This document shows positions 41,700-56,295 of a stretch of DNA of 64,000 nt, one piece after another. The notes beneath the pieces were generated by a model, which was not told where the DNA came from, ran no database searches, and saw nothing but the letters and a program-made list of their open reading frames with translations. A program made the position numbers and the translations under genes. The DNA is from Geosiphon pyriformis uo1 (lineage: Eukaryota; Fungi; Glomeromycota), in the NCBI GenBank assembly GCA_016748015.1, contig JAAOMT010000602.1:385696-449695 (forward strand). Direction: 5' to 3'. Each line of letters opens with the position of its first letter. The first letter of the stretch is position 1.

Positions 41700-43220
41700 A
41701 TTTATATTATTTTTCATATTAAAATAAAATAAACAAAAAATATATATTAAACAGAATTTTAAATATTTTATAAATATTAAATTTATAAACAATATTATTT
41801 AATAACAAAGTAAACAAATTACAAACTATAAAAATAGTAATTATATTATTATTAAAATTTAAATAAATTTTAAACAATTAAATTTATGTTGTATATTATA
41901 TATAAATATAATTCAAAAATTTTATTTTACTATAATATACACAAAATACCAAAATATTTTTTAATATAAAGTTTTTTATGTATTATAATTAATAATTTTT
42001 TATATAATATTTTTATAATATATAATTTTAAATTAGCTAAAAATTTGTTAATATAACTAATAGTCATATATAAATTAAGATATTAAACATGTAAAAAATA
42101 AACTTAATTAATATTATTAAACAGATTATTATTAAAAATTCAAATTTTAAAACCAATTTTTTAATAAGTTTAGCAAATTATTTTAAATTTATTATATATA
42201 AAATAATAAATATTATCAAATACAATTATATTATTAATTTAAATAATTTTTTTTTAAAATAACTTAACAAAAAAAATTAAAAAAAGCTATTATAATAATA
42301 TTGTATTATCAAAATTATTTTCAAAAATATCTAAGTGGTTTTTAATTTTAAATTAAATAATATTTAACCATTTTTTAATTTAGCAATAATTATAAAAATT
42401 CAAAAATTCAACTTTTTTTAAATATAGAAGCATTTAAAGTAATTTGACTATTAAAATTAATAATTATAAAACTCGAAAAAAAAACATATTTTAAAACAAA
42501 TATAATAACTTAAAATTTAATTAAAGTTAATAATATTATACTTGAAACTTTAACACCAATTTTTAAACTTAAGTACAAAAAAATACAATCATATTATATA
42601 ATATTAATAACATAATCAAAGATCTTAAAAAACTGTTTGTAAATACTTTTATAATATTTATTTTTACAGTTTTTAAATTAGTATTAACAATAACAAAATT
42701 AATTAACTTATGTATGTTTTTGGAAAAAAAACTGCAATCTAAAAACTAATAAGTATTATTATAAACTTTGTAAACAAAAAACTCAATCAATAATACAAAC
42801 TATTTAAATACTAAGTCTTTTAAATTTAATTTTTTCTAATAATAAAAGTATTTTTAATCAAAACACATATTTTTTTTATTTAAAAATTGCTTTATAAAAA
42901 CAATACTAAATTTTTTTTAAATATTATTAACAATTAAAAAAATAAAAGAACTTAAAATAATTAATATTAATATTTTATTAATAAAAAATTAATTATATTT
43001 CAAACAAATATTTATAATATTAATCAGAAAATTGTTTTTGGAATTAATTTTTAATTTAACAAAATATTAAAAAAAATGCATTAGCATTTAATAAAAATAT
43101 GTTTAATTTAAATTTTCAAAAATATAAAATTTTTTTTTAATATTTATAACAAAATATATTTTAATTAATTTATTTAACAAAAATTTTTACTTATTAATTA
43201 TTAAAAAAAACTTTTTTTTC
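41700..43220. other. Extremely AT-rich eroded tract
   Basis: Very few G/C, no credible ORF, lies between two LINE 5' ends. Confidence 0.45.
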
Positions 43221-43225
43221 TCCTA

Positions 43226-45043
43226 TGTTTAAAATTTACAGAAAAGTATTTTATTAAAAAAAAGTTTTAATCATTCAATATAATAAATTTAAACCATTTT
43301 TACTTGATTACGAAGTCACTATTAGTCTTAGTATTACTATTATAAAAAAATTTGTTAAAAATTCTGGCTTTAATACTATTATTAAACTTATTTTATTAAG
43401 AAAAAAAAAGAAAAATAGTGTTTTAAAAGATAATATTAATGACAAAAAGATATTTGCTAAAGAATTAAGTAGTTGCTCTTGGGATTCTGAAGTAGATAAC
43501 TTCACTGAATCTAATAGTGTTAACATAAAAATAGAGTGTCTGGTTGAAAAAACCAGTATTGATTATTGTGAAAGTAATATTTTTGCTGGAGCAAATTCTG
43601 ACCAAATACCAAAAAGCTTACAAATAAAAACAAAAAAAGCTTTAAATAAGTTATTAGAAAAGATCAATTTCTTGAGTAATAATAATAATAATGTTTTTTT
43701 AAATGTTTTTTTGGTGCTTTTCCTTCCTTTCAAAAATCTGGTTAATATCTTTATTAAAAAATTATTGCTTTAAATATAGAATTAGATAGGATTGCTGAAA
43801 AAATATTTATAGAGAAATATACAGTAGTCAGAAAATCTTTTTCAAGAATCAATGGTTTTAGGAAAACATTAACCTCTTTAAAATTTGCTAGAATTATATA
43901 TGCTTTTTTTATATCTGAATTGAATTTGGCACAAGTAACAGAAAAAGCAAAAACTATAAATGTTTTAATAAACACCAATCTTAAGAAATCTGTTGGATAT
44001 TTAAATTAGACTGTAGTGGTCAAGAAACTTTCAATTAGAACATTAGCTAATGCTGTATGTATTGTGCTATCTGAGTTTAAAATAATTAGGTTGATCAAAA
44101 TACAGTTAATAAAAATATGGCAAAAGACTATAGTAAAATTTAAGCAAATAGAGCATGTTAATTTAATTACAATAAAATAGTCTATCTTAATTAAGAAAGA
44201 TACTATACATATAGTAAAAGCTAACAAAAACAAAAAGTTATAAAATATGAGGGATTGTAATAAAGCTCTGTTTTACATATTACCAATAAAAACAAATGAT
44301 CACAATATTTGGAATTTTATTGGATTAGTAAGTGAGAAAACATGTATTATTAATCAATATTTAGTTATTATATACTTAATCTAGATGTGCTATTGTTTGC
44401 TTTAATTCTGCTAAGTTATTTGATACTGTTATAAAAACCATACTAGTGCTAAAGAGTGCTAATTTATACTGGTCTTGTTTTGTTTCTACCAAGTATATAT
44501 AATGTAAGAATATAAGTCACATATTATTGAGCTATTCTATAAATAGAATTTTTTCTTTTAATAGTTTTCTTTATAAGGTATTATTAAACATAAATAAAAA
44601 CAAATTGACATTTATCTATACCAGATGTTTAATTTCTATTGCTTATTCAATCACTTTTAATGGTGTATTTTAAACAAAAATTGTTGGTAGGACATTTTTT
44701 TTTCTTCTTGTGCATAATAATTTGTCAAATTTTGGCTTTTCTTTGGAGATAAAATCTATTCTATTAATGTTTAAAAAAATAAACTGTAGGTTTGTTGCTT
44801 TTGAGTGCAATCTTATCAGTTTTGTAGAGCAGATTGATAAGCTGGTTAAAAAATTGAATGCACTTGGACCAATAATTTTCTAGTTTAGCCCTGAATATCA
44901 GCCATTAGTAATCTTTTTATTACAGAATCAAGAGGTAAATATAGTAATAAGTAAGAGTTTAAGTGCAGTTACTAATGGTAAGACTATTATAAAAGTGATG
45001 GTTTTTGATCCAGTGTATATTTCAAAATTAGAGAAGAATATGG
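43226..45043 (+). mobile_element. Degenerate LINE ORF1, interrupted by LTR element B
   Basis: + strand reading VVVKKLSIRTLANAVCIVLSEFKIIRLIKIQLIKIWQKTIVKF and ALFYILPIKTNDHNIW parallels the ORF1 at 40039-41650; ends abruptly at an LTR start (45044). Confidence 0.75.
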
Positions 45044-45127
45044 TATTACTTATAAAAAAAAGTACAAAAAAAATAATAGAAAAAACAAATAAAAAAAATA
45101 AACCAATAAGAGAATAAAATTAAGCAT

Positions 45128-45482
45128 TGTTATTCATAGAATATAGGAAGTATATTAGCATATAAATTAGCCAATCAGAGGTAGACATAGTAAATGTGGA
45201 ATTCCAGGATTTCTCTCAAAGGAATTGCAGGATTCCAGGAATTTCAGAATTCTCATATAAGGAATTGCAAGATTCCAGAATTCCAGAATTCCTCTCAAAG
45301 AAATTGCAAGATTCCAGGAATTCTAGGATTCCTAACATGAAGAATTAAGAAATTGAAGAATCTCAAATACATATATATAGCAGTAGTATCAGAAGTTAGA
45401 AAATTAGTCAACAAAACTCAGAGTTAATTGATTCACAGAGTCAATTAGACTCATAGAATCAATTAAACTCACAAATCATAAT

Positions 45483-45533
<51 letters not shown>

Positions 45534-46151
45534 AAACTTTTTTAGTTTAAACCTCTCAGTTTAGATTTGATCTAAGCAACCTTTCAGTTTTCAATTATCA
45601 AATAAATAATTATTCTATATCTCAATTTACTCTCTACTATCAACACTTCATGTTGATAGTAATTGATACTTAACCACACTGGAACAATAGCTCTTGATCA
45701 TGGCTATTGACAGAATATTAACTTACTAAATCACCTTATCTTATTTTCTTTATTTCATTTTCTTTTCTTTCATTCTTTTCTTTTCTTGCTTTATGTTGTT
45801 TTGTTGTTGTATACTAATTGATTAAGGATTAAAAGCACTGAGTTATTAATGTTATGGATAGCCTGGTAAAAGACCCAGAAATAAGGGTAGATTTATATAT
45901 ATTATCAGTTAGCTTACTAGAAGAGCACGACTGCCAGAATAAATCTGACCACCAACCTGAGAAAGAAATTGGGAACAACTGACAACAAACAACGAATCAC
46001 CACATTATTGAATCTCTGTCCATTATACAAAGAACTCCATCAAAACCTTCAGATACAACACTTTCAGAATATTATCGACGAAAATAGTTTGTGAGCACCA
46101 AGTTATGGGTTTGTTATTTGATTCGAGACCCTAAATAATTTACTTGTAACA
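45128..46151 (+). mobile_element. Solo LTR (C) nested in the 5' LTR of element B
   Basis: TGTTATTCA...TGTAACA termini, perfect 4-bp TSD GCAT (45124-45127 / 46152-46155), no PBS or PPT. U3 repeats resemble those of the element D LTRs. Confidence 0.9.
45487..45532 (+). repeat. A46 homopolymer inside solo LTR C
   Basis: Direct count of the uninterrupted A run. Confidence 0.9.
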
Positions 46152-49100
46152 GCATATAAGCATATTGTTAGTAAATTATGACATATTGTTCAGCAATGTG
46201 AGCAATGTTAGTAGATTAGAACATATTGTTCAACAATATAAACATTGCTTAAAAAATTATAGTACATTGTTTATGAATATATGAGATCTTATAAAACATT
46301 AATTATATATATATAGCAAAAGTATTAAAAACAGAAAAGACAGAACTCACAGTTAGAATCTCTGGTTAAGAAACACAGTTAGAAACAGTTTAAAATCCAC
46401 ATTACATATTAATAAATTATTAATTACTACTTGAATTTATATTATTATTATTTAATTAAAGAATATTAAAATCATCTTTACTCTATTAACACTTTATGTT
46501 AATAGAATTCAACACTTAACCACATTAGAACAATAGCTTTTAATTATGGCTATTGACAGAATATTAATTTCTTCTTTTCTTTTATTTTCTTTTATTTTTT
46601 TATTTTTTTTTTATTTTGTTGTTTATTAACTAATTTAATAAATTAAGCACTAATTAATTAACATTAAGAATAGTCTGGTAAAAGACTCAGAAATAAGAAT
46701 ATTGAATTTATAACTTAATAGATAGCTTATTAGAAAGACATAACTGCCAGAATAAACTGGCTACCATGCTAAAAAAAAATTTAATGGAATCAATATTCTA
46801 AGAGACTACTAAAAACAACTATTAAATATTTGTCTATTATACAAAAAACTCAACCAAAACTTTTAGATATTATTAACCATATCACTTATTAAGCACCAAG
46901 TTATAAATTTGTTATTTGTATTAACACTTAAATAATTAACTGTAATATTTGGTGCTTTCTGTAAAATATAATTTAGTAGAGAACCAGTATCAATAACAAT
47001 TATCCAAAACAGTGGCAGAATCAAAAGTAATAGGGACAAACCATTTGGAATTTATAAAAGCTTTATTCCAATACTATCAATTTCACTTAAGATTAACAAA
47101 TAACTATTGGCCAGCAGAATCAACCTTCAATTTCTATATTAACAAATAAATTAAATTTCATCTAGGAGACTGAAGAAATCCAAAAACAGCACTTATCAAT
47201 TTTTATAGTAAATTACTTCAGAACACTATGTTTCTACAAAATTATTTGTTTGTCTCAATAATTATAGAAATCAATAGAAAAATTGAGAAATACACCAAAC
47301 AGAAATTTTCTATTATCTTTGCAGACAACAACAAAGAAAATTTACAAACATCAGTAAAAATACCAAAAAACATATAACTATTTACTTGGAAGAAACCAAG
47401 AGTAATTTTATTTATTTACCCATCATATTATCATATATTAAAAAGTACTATTAACATAACATCAGTAGGCATGTCCACATTAACTGCAAAAACACCATCA
47501 ATAAAAATTATATTCCAAAGCCAACAAAAAAAAGCTGACTTATTGAGAACCTATGATAATTACTTTGAAGAATTTAAATCATAATTACCAATGACATTAA
47601 GATTTTAATTACTACCATCTTAACCCAATTTTGGAATCACTAGTTTTTGAAAAATAACTGACTTGAAAGAAAAGAAAAACAAAGATCAAGAATTTAATTA
47701 CCAAAACCTGATCACAGAAAACCCAGAAATACAAATTTTAATTGTTCTAACTCAGCAAAATCAGAACAATTCAAATTTTGTCTCTATTGTTTCTCAAAAC
47801 TTACCTCCAGTAATTATGATTGATTTATTACCAGTTGCACCAATTGCCAAACAACAACAACAGCCACAACAATTACTTCAATCATCACCTTAACAACAAC
47901 TTCAACAACAGCAATAGCAACAACTATTACCAATGACCTATGTACCAATTACAAAACTCAAGAAATTTACTGGTAAAAAAAATGACATGTAAGTCTGGTT
48001 TAATAATATAGAAAAAGCCATTGCAGCCAATAGATAAGATAATGCCAAAGCATTACAAACAATCTCATACTTTCTTCAAGATACTGCCAATTTATGGTAT
48101 TAAAGTCTGATCCAGAAACTCCAAGACTTCAATACATTCAAACTAGAATTTCTAAAATATTTTAGTAACAATAACAGTATTAATTACCTAGTAAATACTT
48201 TTACAACCATCAAACAAGGAAATACTAAAGCAGTTACCATTTATTTGGAATGTTTTCACCAAAATCTGCAACAAATACAAGTTATTAATACAAACTACTT
48301 TACTGTGCCACAATTTTTGAATCAATTTATCATAGCCTGCACAGTAGTTTTCTACAGTACATATATCTAATACACTTACAAACATTCCAAGATGCAGTTA
48401 TTTATGCCAGAGATTCAAATTAGTTGAGCTAAAAGTTAATCATGTCCAAGCCATTAATTTAGTAATAAATAGATCATCTGAATTGGACTTCAAGTTGAAA
48501 CAATTAAGTAATTCTATTAATCAAAAATTAGAAGAATACTTAACTAACAATCAAGCAATTTATCAACCTTCACAATATTACAATAATTTAGGGAATCCAA
48601 ATTGTCTCTAAAATCAACCACTTCTATTATCATTAACCAATTAACAATGGTAATAAGAGATGCATAATTGCCACTATTGTGGTAAACAAAAACATTTACA
48701 AATTGATTGTTGTACCCAGTTAAATAATCAATGATCGGAAAATCAATATTAAAATTCTAATCACCAATTTTAGATTCCAAACTATCAAACAAATCAAGAC
48801 CAATATCAGTCTTATTACCCACCAATAATATAACAGTAATTATACTTATCACTAATTTACCAATTTTCAACACTAGTAATATATCAACCACAGCCACAAA
48901 TTATCTATTAATCATAACATCTTCAAACACTGTTACCAAACTCAACACAAATAACACCCAGAAATTAAAGACTGAGAATTATTTATACTTAACAAAACTG
49001 AAGATCGACAATAATAATGTACTAACCAATCTTCAGTTTCTTAAACCAACTATCAGAATTAAGCCAGCAGAGTTTAGACAATGAGTACACTCAAAACCCA

Positions 49101-52100
49101 AATTCCCAGAATTACTTAAGTTTTTTGGTTACTTCAAAAGATGTCCAATTCAACAAACAAAAATCCAATTAAAAACAATCTATATCTACCAACAATATTC
49201 TACCAATTATTATTATAGAAGATGAATCATTTGCTGTAATTTTTTTTTTCAAAATTGAAAAACTAGTTCTTGTACTCTTATTTAATAAAGCCACTCTTAA
49301 ATCAAAATCTATTACTGTAATATATACTAATGTCAAAATTGATAGTTAGTCTATCAAACTGATTCTGGATAGTAAGTCTGTAAGCAGTATTATTACACAA
49401 TAACTTATAGACCAATTAGATTACTGAGTTGATTGTGCCATTAGTGCCAAAATTATTATTGCCAATGAAACAATAAAAATGCTTATTGGTGAAATTGACA
49501 ACTTCCTATTTAAAGTCAATAGCATTAAAATACCAATCAAGATATTGGTAATAGAAGCTACCTAGTACCAAGCTTTTGTTAGTAATGACTGACTGTTTAA
49601 AACCAATGCAATGTTCAACTGGAACACCCAGAAATTACAACTGAGCTAGAATAGTCAGAACATTTGAATACCAGTTATTTGTAGTCATTTTAAGACTACT
49701 ATTAACAAACAATTACTAATCAAGTTTGAGGAAAAAAAGAAAAAATCTACTTGGAAAATGTATTAAGTATTATAAGCCAAAGAGAATCACAATGAACTGT
49801 TACCAATCTCAGACTAGAAAAAAAAAGAAAAAGAAAAAACAAAAGAAGAATTCAAGACAATTATCTTTATTTATATTTAATATACTACTTTTTATGCCCA
49901 ATTTACAGTATTGTTGGCCAAAGCTAATTTGTATTAATTGTGACAAGAAATTGTCATTAATGAACACATACTGTAATAACAACAAAAAATGGTCCACAGC
50001 AACAAAATATTACTGTCACTCATGCATCTTTAAACGTTTTGGATGACCAAAAAAACAAAGAAAATAGGACAATAAATTATGCCTTTCTTGTGAAGAAACT
50101 CTGTTAGACAAAGAAATGTAAAATGACATTTCTGGTCATAGAAAAACGTGCAACAAATTGTGTTAGTACACAATTCTCATAAGTAACTAAGTAAAAAAAA
50201 ATGCCAATAGATACTGTTTAGAGAAAAGCTATAAAATATTTAGACAGCTATCTACATAATAATAACAAAATTTGGCAAATGGCAATTGCCAAAATCAAAG
50301 ACACATTTCTAGAAAAAATAAAAACAATCACCAAAACCTAAAAAGATTATTTAGATTTCAAACTCCAATATTACTTTTGATGTTATAAATCTGGAACAAT
50401 TCTACAAACACTACCAAGAATTGGCACTCATTAAAAAAAACAAGAGTAATGTTTAGAATAGCTTAATACTTGCCTATGTAAGTATTGTTTAATTTTATGT
50501 GATTTTCAATACTGTAATAATTGTAATATTATTCACAATTCACTATCATGCATGATATATTTGATCTTCAAAAAGAAAGAACCAATTAGTAAGTGTACAT
50601 CAGAATTAAAACCAATATTTAATTCTAATTCAGACTTTAACAATAATGATAACAATAGTTTTAACTTTGTTTACTATGATAATAACAATAACAATTCAAA
50701 CTCCAATTTAGAATTCAAACAATATATTGTGCTTTCAAATCTTTCTATAAAGCAGAAACTAAGATGGTATTATGAGTGATTTTTTGAGGTCTCAAATTAA
50801 ATAACAAACCCATAACTTGGTGCTAAAAGTTATTTACATTGATGTTATTAATCTAAAGGTTTTGTATCTAAAGGTTTTGGTTTGAGTTCTTTGTATAATA
50901 GACAGAGATTCAATAGTTGTTTTATCCATAGCTTCCCAGAATCACAATTCTATCAATTTTTCTCTCGGCATAATGGCCAGCAATCCTCTGGTAAGTATTC
51001 CATATCTTCTGTACATGTCCTATTTTTTCGCAGAGGTTTTTTACCAGACAATCTTTGATGTCAGTAATCTAACACTTTATTCAACCAATTAGTGCACAAC
51101 AATAAAATCAAAAATAAAATAAAGAAAAAAAATAAAAGAAAATCATAAATAAGCCAAGGAGATTTTACAAGTCAGTATTCTGTCAATAGCCATGATCAAG
51201 AGCTATTGTTCTAGTGTGTTTAAGTATCAATTACTATCAACATAGAGTGTTAATAGTGGAATTAGGTTTGAGATACCAAATAGTTATTTATTGTGTTTGG
51301 AAGATTGTCTAGATAAAATCTAAACTTTGAGGTCTGTTTTTTTTTAGCTTCTAATACTACTGCTATATATACATAATTGAGATTCCTTAATTCTTCCATT
51401 CTTCACAACAGGAATCCTGGAATTCTGCAATTTCTTTGAAAGGAATCCTGGAATTCTAGAATCCTGCAATTCCTCATGAAAATCCTGTAATTCCTGGAAT
51501 CCTGCAATTCCTGAGAGGAATCTTAGAATTCCACATTTACTATATCTACTTCTAATTGGCTAATAACTATGCTAATATATATTCCCTATATTTCTATGAG
51601 TAATATTATTCCTTCCTTTTAATATTGAGCTCCATCGAAATCCAATTCTGTTAATTTCTCCTCTTGAAGTATTTCTTGAATTTCATTTTCGAGAATTATT
51701 TGTGCTATTTAAGTCTGTAATTCTTCAAATTGAGCATTGGTGATCTTTCCTAATTGATTACTGGTAACCATATCCATTGCTTTATTGAGTAAAATTCTTG
51801 GTTGATCCTGAAATACTGTGTGTATTCAGTATATAGTTCAGACTTGTGTGGATAAGTTGTTTTTTCTCACAAAATGTTCTAATTGTTGTAGTATTCTTGT
51901 GTCAAATAATCACTTTGTTTTATCTGTATATAGATTCTGGATATTCATATGTTGTCCCAAGTAAAAATAACAATAGTTTCTTGGAAATTATTGTATCCAC
52001 TAATTTCAAGTTTCTTTAGTTAACTCTTGGTATAGTGACTCTTTTGTTAACTTTTTTATTGCTACTTTTACTTTTGTAGTGATTTTGTCAATGGTATTTT

Positions 52101-52562
52101 CTGTTTTCTTCTGTGTTTTGTGCTGCGATGTCTTTCTAGTATCTTGATATCAGATGGTTTGTTGATTAATTGTAATTTTCATCTCTTGGTGTTGAATTAA
52201 TTGAAAGAGTTGTTGTGCTTGTAAGTGGATGTTGTCTGTAATTTCCATTTTTCTGATATTTCTTGTCACGTTTACTATGTCTTTATATATTCTTTTGATG
52301 GATTAATTAATGTGTTGTTGTCAATGATGATGATTGGTTCCAAATCTTATGGAATCTTTTCTGGTTGGATTAGTATCTTCTGTACTCTTAATTGTGGAAT
52401 ATTACTGGTGGATGGTAGTGTAATGTTGTGGTATGGTTTCAGTTGATCTCTATGTGCTGCTTTGGTTAAGATTTTGTTATCCAGTCTTAATTTGTAAGCT
52501 CCATTTCCTAGAATTTTTTCTATGTAAAATGGTTTATCTCATTTGGGGTTGAATTTTCTACT

Positions 52563-53168
52563 TCATTGTTTTTCCGCTTTGGTATGATGTAAGAGTACTT
52601 TGTCTCCAATCTTGAATTCAACTAATTTGTCTGGTAGTTGATTATCATATCTTTCTTTCTGTTTCTCTTGTGACTTTTGTATGTTATCAGCTGCTCTTTT
52701 TTGTTTGTTTTCCAATGTTTCCATTAAGTTATATGTTCTTCTTAACAATGTTTCTTGGAAATTTTCTTCTGTTATTGGTTCAGTTGGATATGTGTTAACC
52801 TCTATTTCAACTGATAATGTTGCTGTTCTACTGTATATCAATTCAAATGGTGTTGCTTGTATGGTGTCTTGCTTCATTGTCCAATAAGCAAATAATACTA
52901 ATGATATGAACAAATTCCATTTGTCCTGGTTTTTTTGGCTGAGTTTTGCTATTGCTTTACACAATGTTCTATTAAATCTTTCAACTAATCCATTAGTTTG
53001 TGGATGGTATGGTGATGATAGTGGTCTCTTAATTCCGAATCTTTGGCTTAGTTCTACTAATGTTTTATTCACAAAATGGGTTTCTTGGTCTGATAATAGT
53101 TCTTTTGGACATTCATATTGACAAATTAGATCTTGATGAACAAATTCGGCAATGGATTCTGCATCCAC
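52563..53168 (-). pseudogene. Integrase core fragment of element D
   Basis: PKELLSDQETHF, SPYHPQTNGLVERFNRTL, ATPFELIY, FKIGDKVLL. Confidence 0.92.
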
Positions 53169-54936
53169 TCTTTGAATTGCTTTGGCTTCTGGCTATTTAG
53201 TAAGATAGTCCATGGCTACTGCAATATATCTGTTGCCTCTGCTGGTAATTGTCAATGGTTCGACTAAATCGATTCCAATACAGTCAAATAGTTGTTCCAC
53301 TTTGATTGGTCTCAATGGTTTACTGGGTCTTGTTCCTCCTCTTCTTTGATAAGCATCACAATTTTGCACATATTAGATGATGTCTGGATACATTGATGGC
53401 CAATAGTATTTTTTTCTGGTTCTTTCTATGGTTGCTTCTTTATGAAAATATCTTGCAGCTGGATCTGAATGCATGTTGAACAGTATTGTCTCTTTTTCTG
53501 GTTCTGTAATTACTCTGGTTGGTTGATCTGAATCTTTTCTATTTTTCCAATATAGTATATTTTGGTGAGTGATAAAATATTTGGATTGTTGTTTGATCCT
53601 CTTTTGTTCCAGTTGAGATAATTTCTCTTTGAACTGTTGAGTATTTATATAATGTTAAAGTTGTTGATATTTTTGTGTGTTCATCTTTTGTTATATTTTC
53701 GTGAGTATTGTTTTGGTTTTATTATATTTTTGGGTTGAAATGTTCTTAGATTTTTTTTATTTACGACAAACCATCAGCATTTCTGTTGTCTTTTCCCTTT
53801 TTATAATGTATGATATAAGTATATGATGTGAGTGCCATTTTCTATCTTAATTGTCTGCCATCTCCAAATTCTTGTTTCTGGAGTTATGTCAGTCTTTTGT
53901 GATTTGTATACACCTCAAACTTCCGGTTTAAGTATTTTTTTTATTTCATAACTGCCCAATAGATTGTTAAATGTTCTAATTTTGGTGTTCCATAGTTCTT
54001 TTCAGCTGGAGTTAAATCTCGACTGGCATATGCTACTGGATGTTCTCTTCTATTTGGTCCTCTCTGAGATAGTACTGCTCCCAATGCTTGACCTGATGCA
54101 TTAATAGTAATGATGAATGATTTACTATGATCTGGATATATTAATACTGGAGCTTGAATAAGCTTTCTTCTTAGGGTGTCAAAAGCTTCTTGTTGAGTTT
54201 TAGTCCATTTATATTTCACATTCTTGGTTTGGAGATGATTGAGCGGCTGAGCTATCTTTGAAAAGTTCTTAATAAAGTGTTAGTAATAACTAGCAAATCC
54301 CAAGAATGATTGTAGTTCCGTCATATTGGTTGGTACTAGAAAGTTTTTTACTATCTCTATTTTTTCTGAATCTGTTTTAATGCCATATTTACTGACTATA
54401 TGTCCCAAAAATTTCAGTTTTGTCTTGCTGAAAAAACATTTGGTGGCATTCAACTTTAGTCCTGCTTATTGTAGTCTTTTGAACACTTGCTGGAGATGAT
54501 GGAGATAATTATCGAATGTTTTTGAGAATACATTGGTGTCATCTAGATATACTACTACTGATTTCTACAATAAGCCAGTGTAAATGATTTCCATTAATTG
54601 CTGAAAAGTGGCTGGTGCATTGGTTAAGCTGAATAGTATTACTTCGAATTCGAAATTCTCTTCCCTAGTAATGAATGCCATCTTTTCTTTGTCTGCTAAA
54701 TCCATGGCTACTTGCCAGTAACCATTATCCAAGTCTAATATTGAGAACCATTTGTTTCCACCAAAAGTGTTGAATAGTTTTTGTATTTGTGGAGTTGGAT
54801 AACTGTCTCCATAAGTTACACTATTGAGTTTTTTGTAGTCTACACAAAATCAGATTTTTCTATTCTTCTTATGGACGAGTACTACTGGTGACAACCATGG
54901 GCTCATTGATGGCTGAATTAACCTGTTGTCAAGCAT

Positions 54937-56295
54937 TCAGTTGATCTCTTGACAGATGATTTCATGGCTGGCTGGTGGTACCCTATATGCTCTTTGTTTG
55001 ATTGACATTACATCTCCAGTTTTGATCTGGTGTTGGATGATATCAGTTCTGCCAAATTTGTTTTCACTGGCAAAGATGTCATTAAAATTGTTGAGTAACA
55101 TCTTTAGTTGCATCTGTTGAAGTGGATCTAGATTTTTCATGTTCATTTGCTCTAGCTGCTCTAGTTGTAACAAATAACATTTGTTCTGTTCATAGATTGT
55201 TTGTGACGTAATATCCACATATTCACACAATTGTGAAAAGTCTGGAATGGTGCTTGGTGGTTGATCCTCAATTTCAGTGGTCAAATATCCAAGAGTAGTT
55301 CCTTTCAGAATTTCCACAAAATTTTCCGTATTGTTGTAGATAGAAATTTTGATATGGTTGTGGTTCTTGGCTGGTATGTATAGATTGATAAATCCAACTT
55401 CTTCTGTTTCACAAAGGCTTGTTTCCACTTCAAAAATTTGTGCCTGATTCTTCACTTTTCTTTTTATTGCTAACATGTACTGGTCATATGGTGAAATAGA
55501 AATTGCTTGACTGGTTGAGACAATTTCTTCTTGGCCAACAATTTCTTCCTCTGCCATATTGACTAGTATATCTATTCTACCTGTGGATCCGAATTTCTGT
55601 ATCCCTCTTGCTGTTATCCCTAGTTCTTCTCTGTTTCCCATTGATACTAATTGAGCTACTTTAACCAGAGGCAGGAAGATTGCTTGTGCTATCTTTTTGT
55701 TTGGCTCTATAATATAAGCTTTTTCTGAGTCATTTTGTAGCATGGTAATAATATTTCTTACATATTCCATGTCAATTATTTCCCCTCTGATATTTATCCC
55801 TCTTTTTGCTAGACTACTCCTAGATGCTAATTGAACCATTGTTGTTGCTGGAATTTCCAATGCTATTTTCAAATCAATGCAGATACATGAATGTGGTTCC
55901 AATTGAATGGCCTCTTTTTCTGGATACCTCAAATCAAATTCAGCATTGATATCATGCGCGTGTTCTGGTATAATATTTTTATTATTATCATTGAACCATT
56001 TAAGTTTTTGTTCCTTGGCGAGATCAGAGAGTGCAATATATTGTTTATAGTCTGGATCGAAGTTTAAATCTGAGTTGGAATTATTGTCATTGTTATCACC
56101 ATATTGGACAAAGCTAAAACTGGCATTTTTGTCGTCATCATTGTCAGAGTTTAAATCAGGATTAAAAATCGATTCTGATTCTGATGTACAGCTGCTAATT
56201 GGTTTCTTTTCCTCTGGGATTGTATAGATCATGTGTGGTGGCAGATTGTAAATGAGATCACATTTATTACAATATTGAAAATCACATGGAATCAA
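54937..56295 (-). pseudogene. Open pol fragment of element D: Cys cluster, N/D-rich linker, dUTPase, start of RT
   Basis: PCDFQYCNKCDLIY; AEFDLRY, ASRSSLAKRG, KIAQAIF, RGIQKFGSTG; FGRTDIIQHQIKTGD..IKQRAYRVP. Confidence 0.9.
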
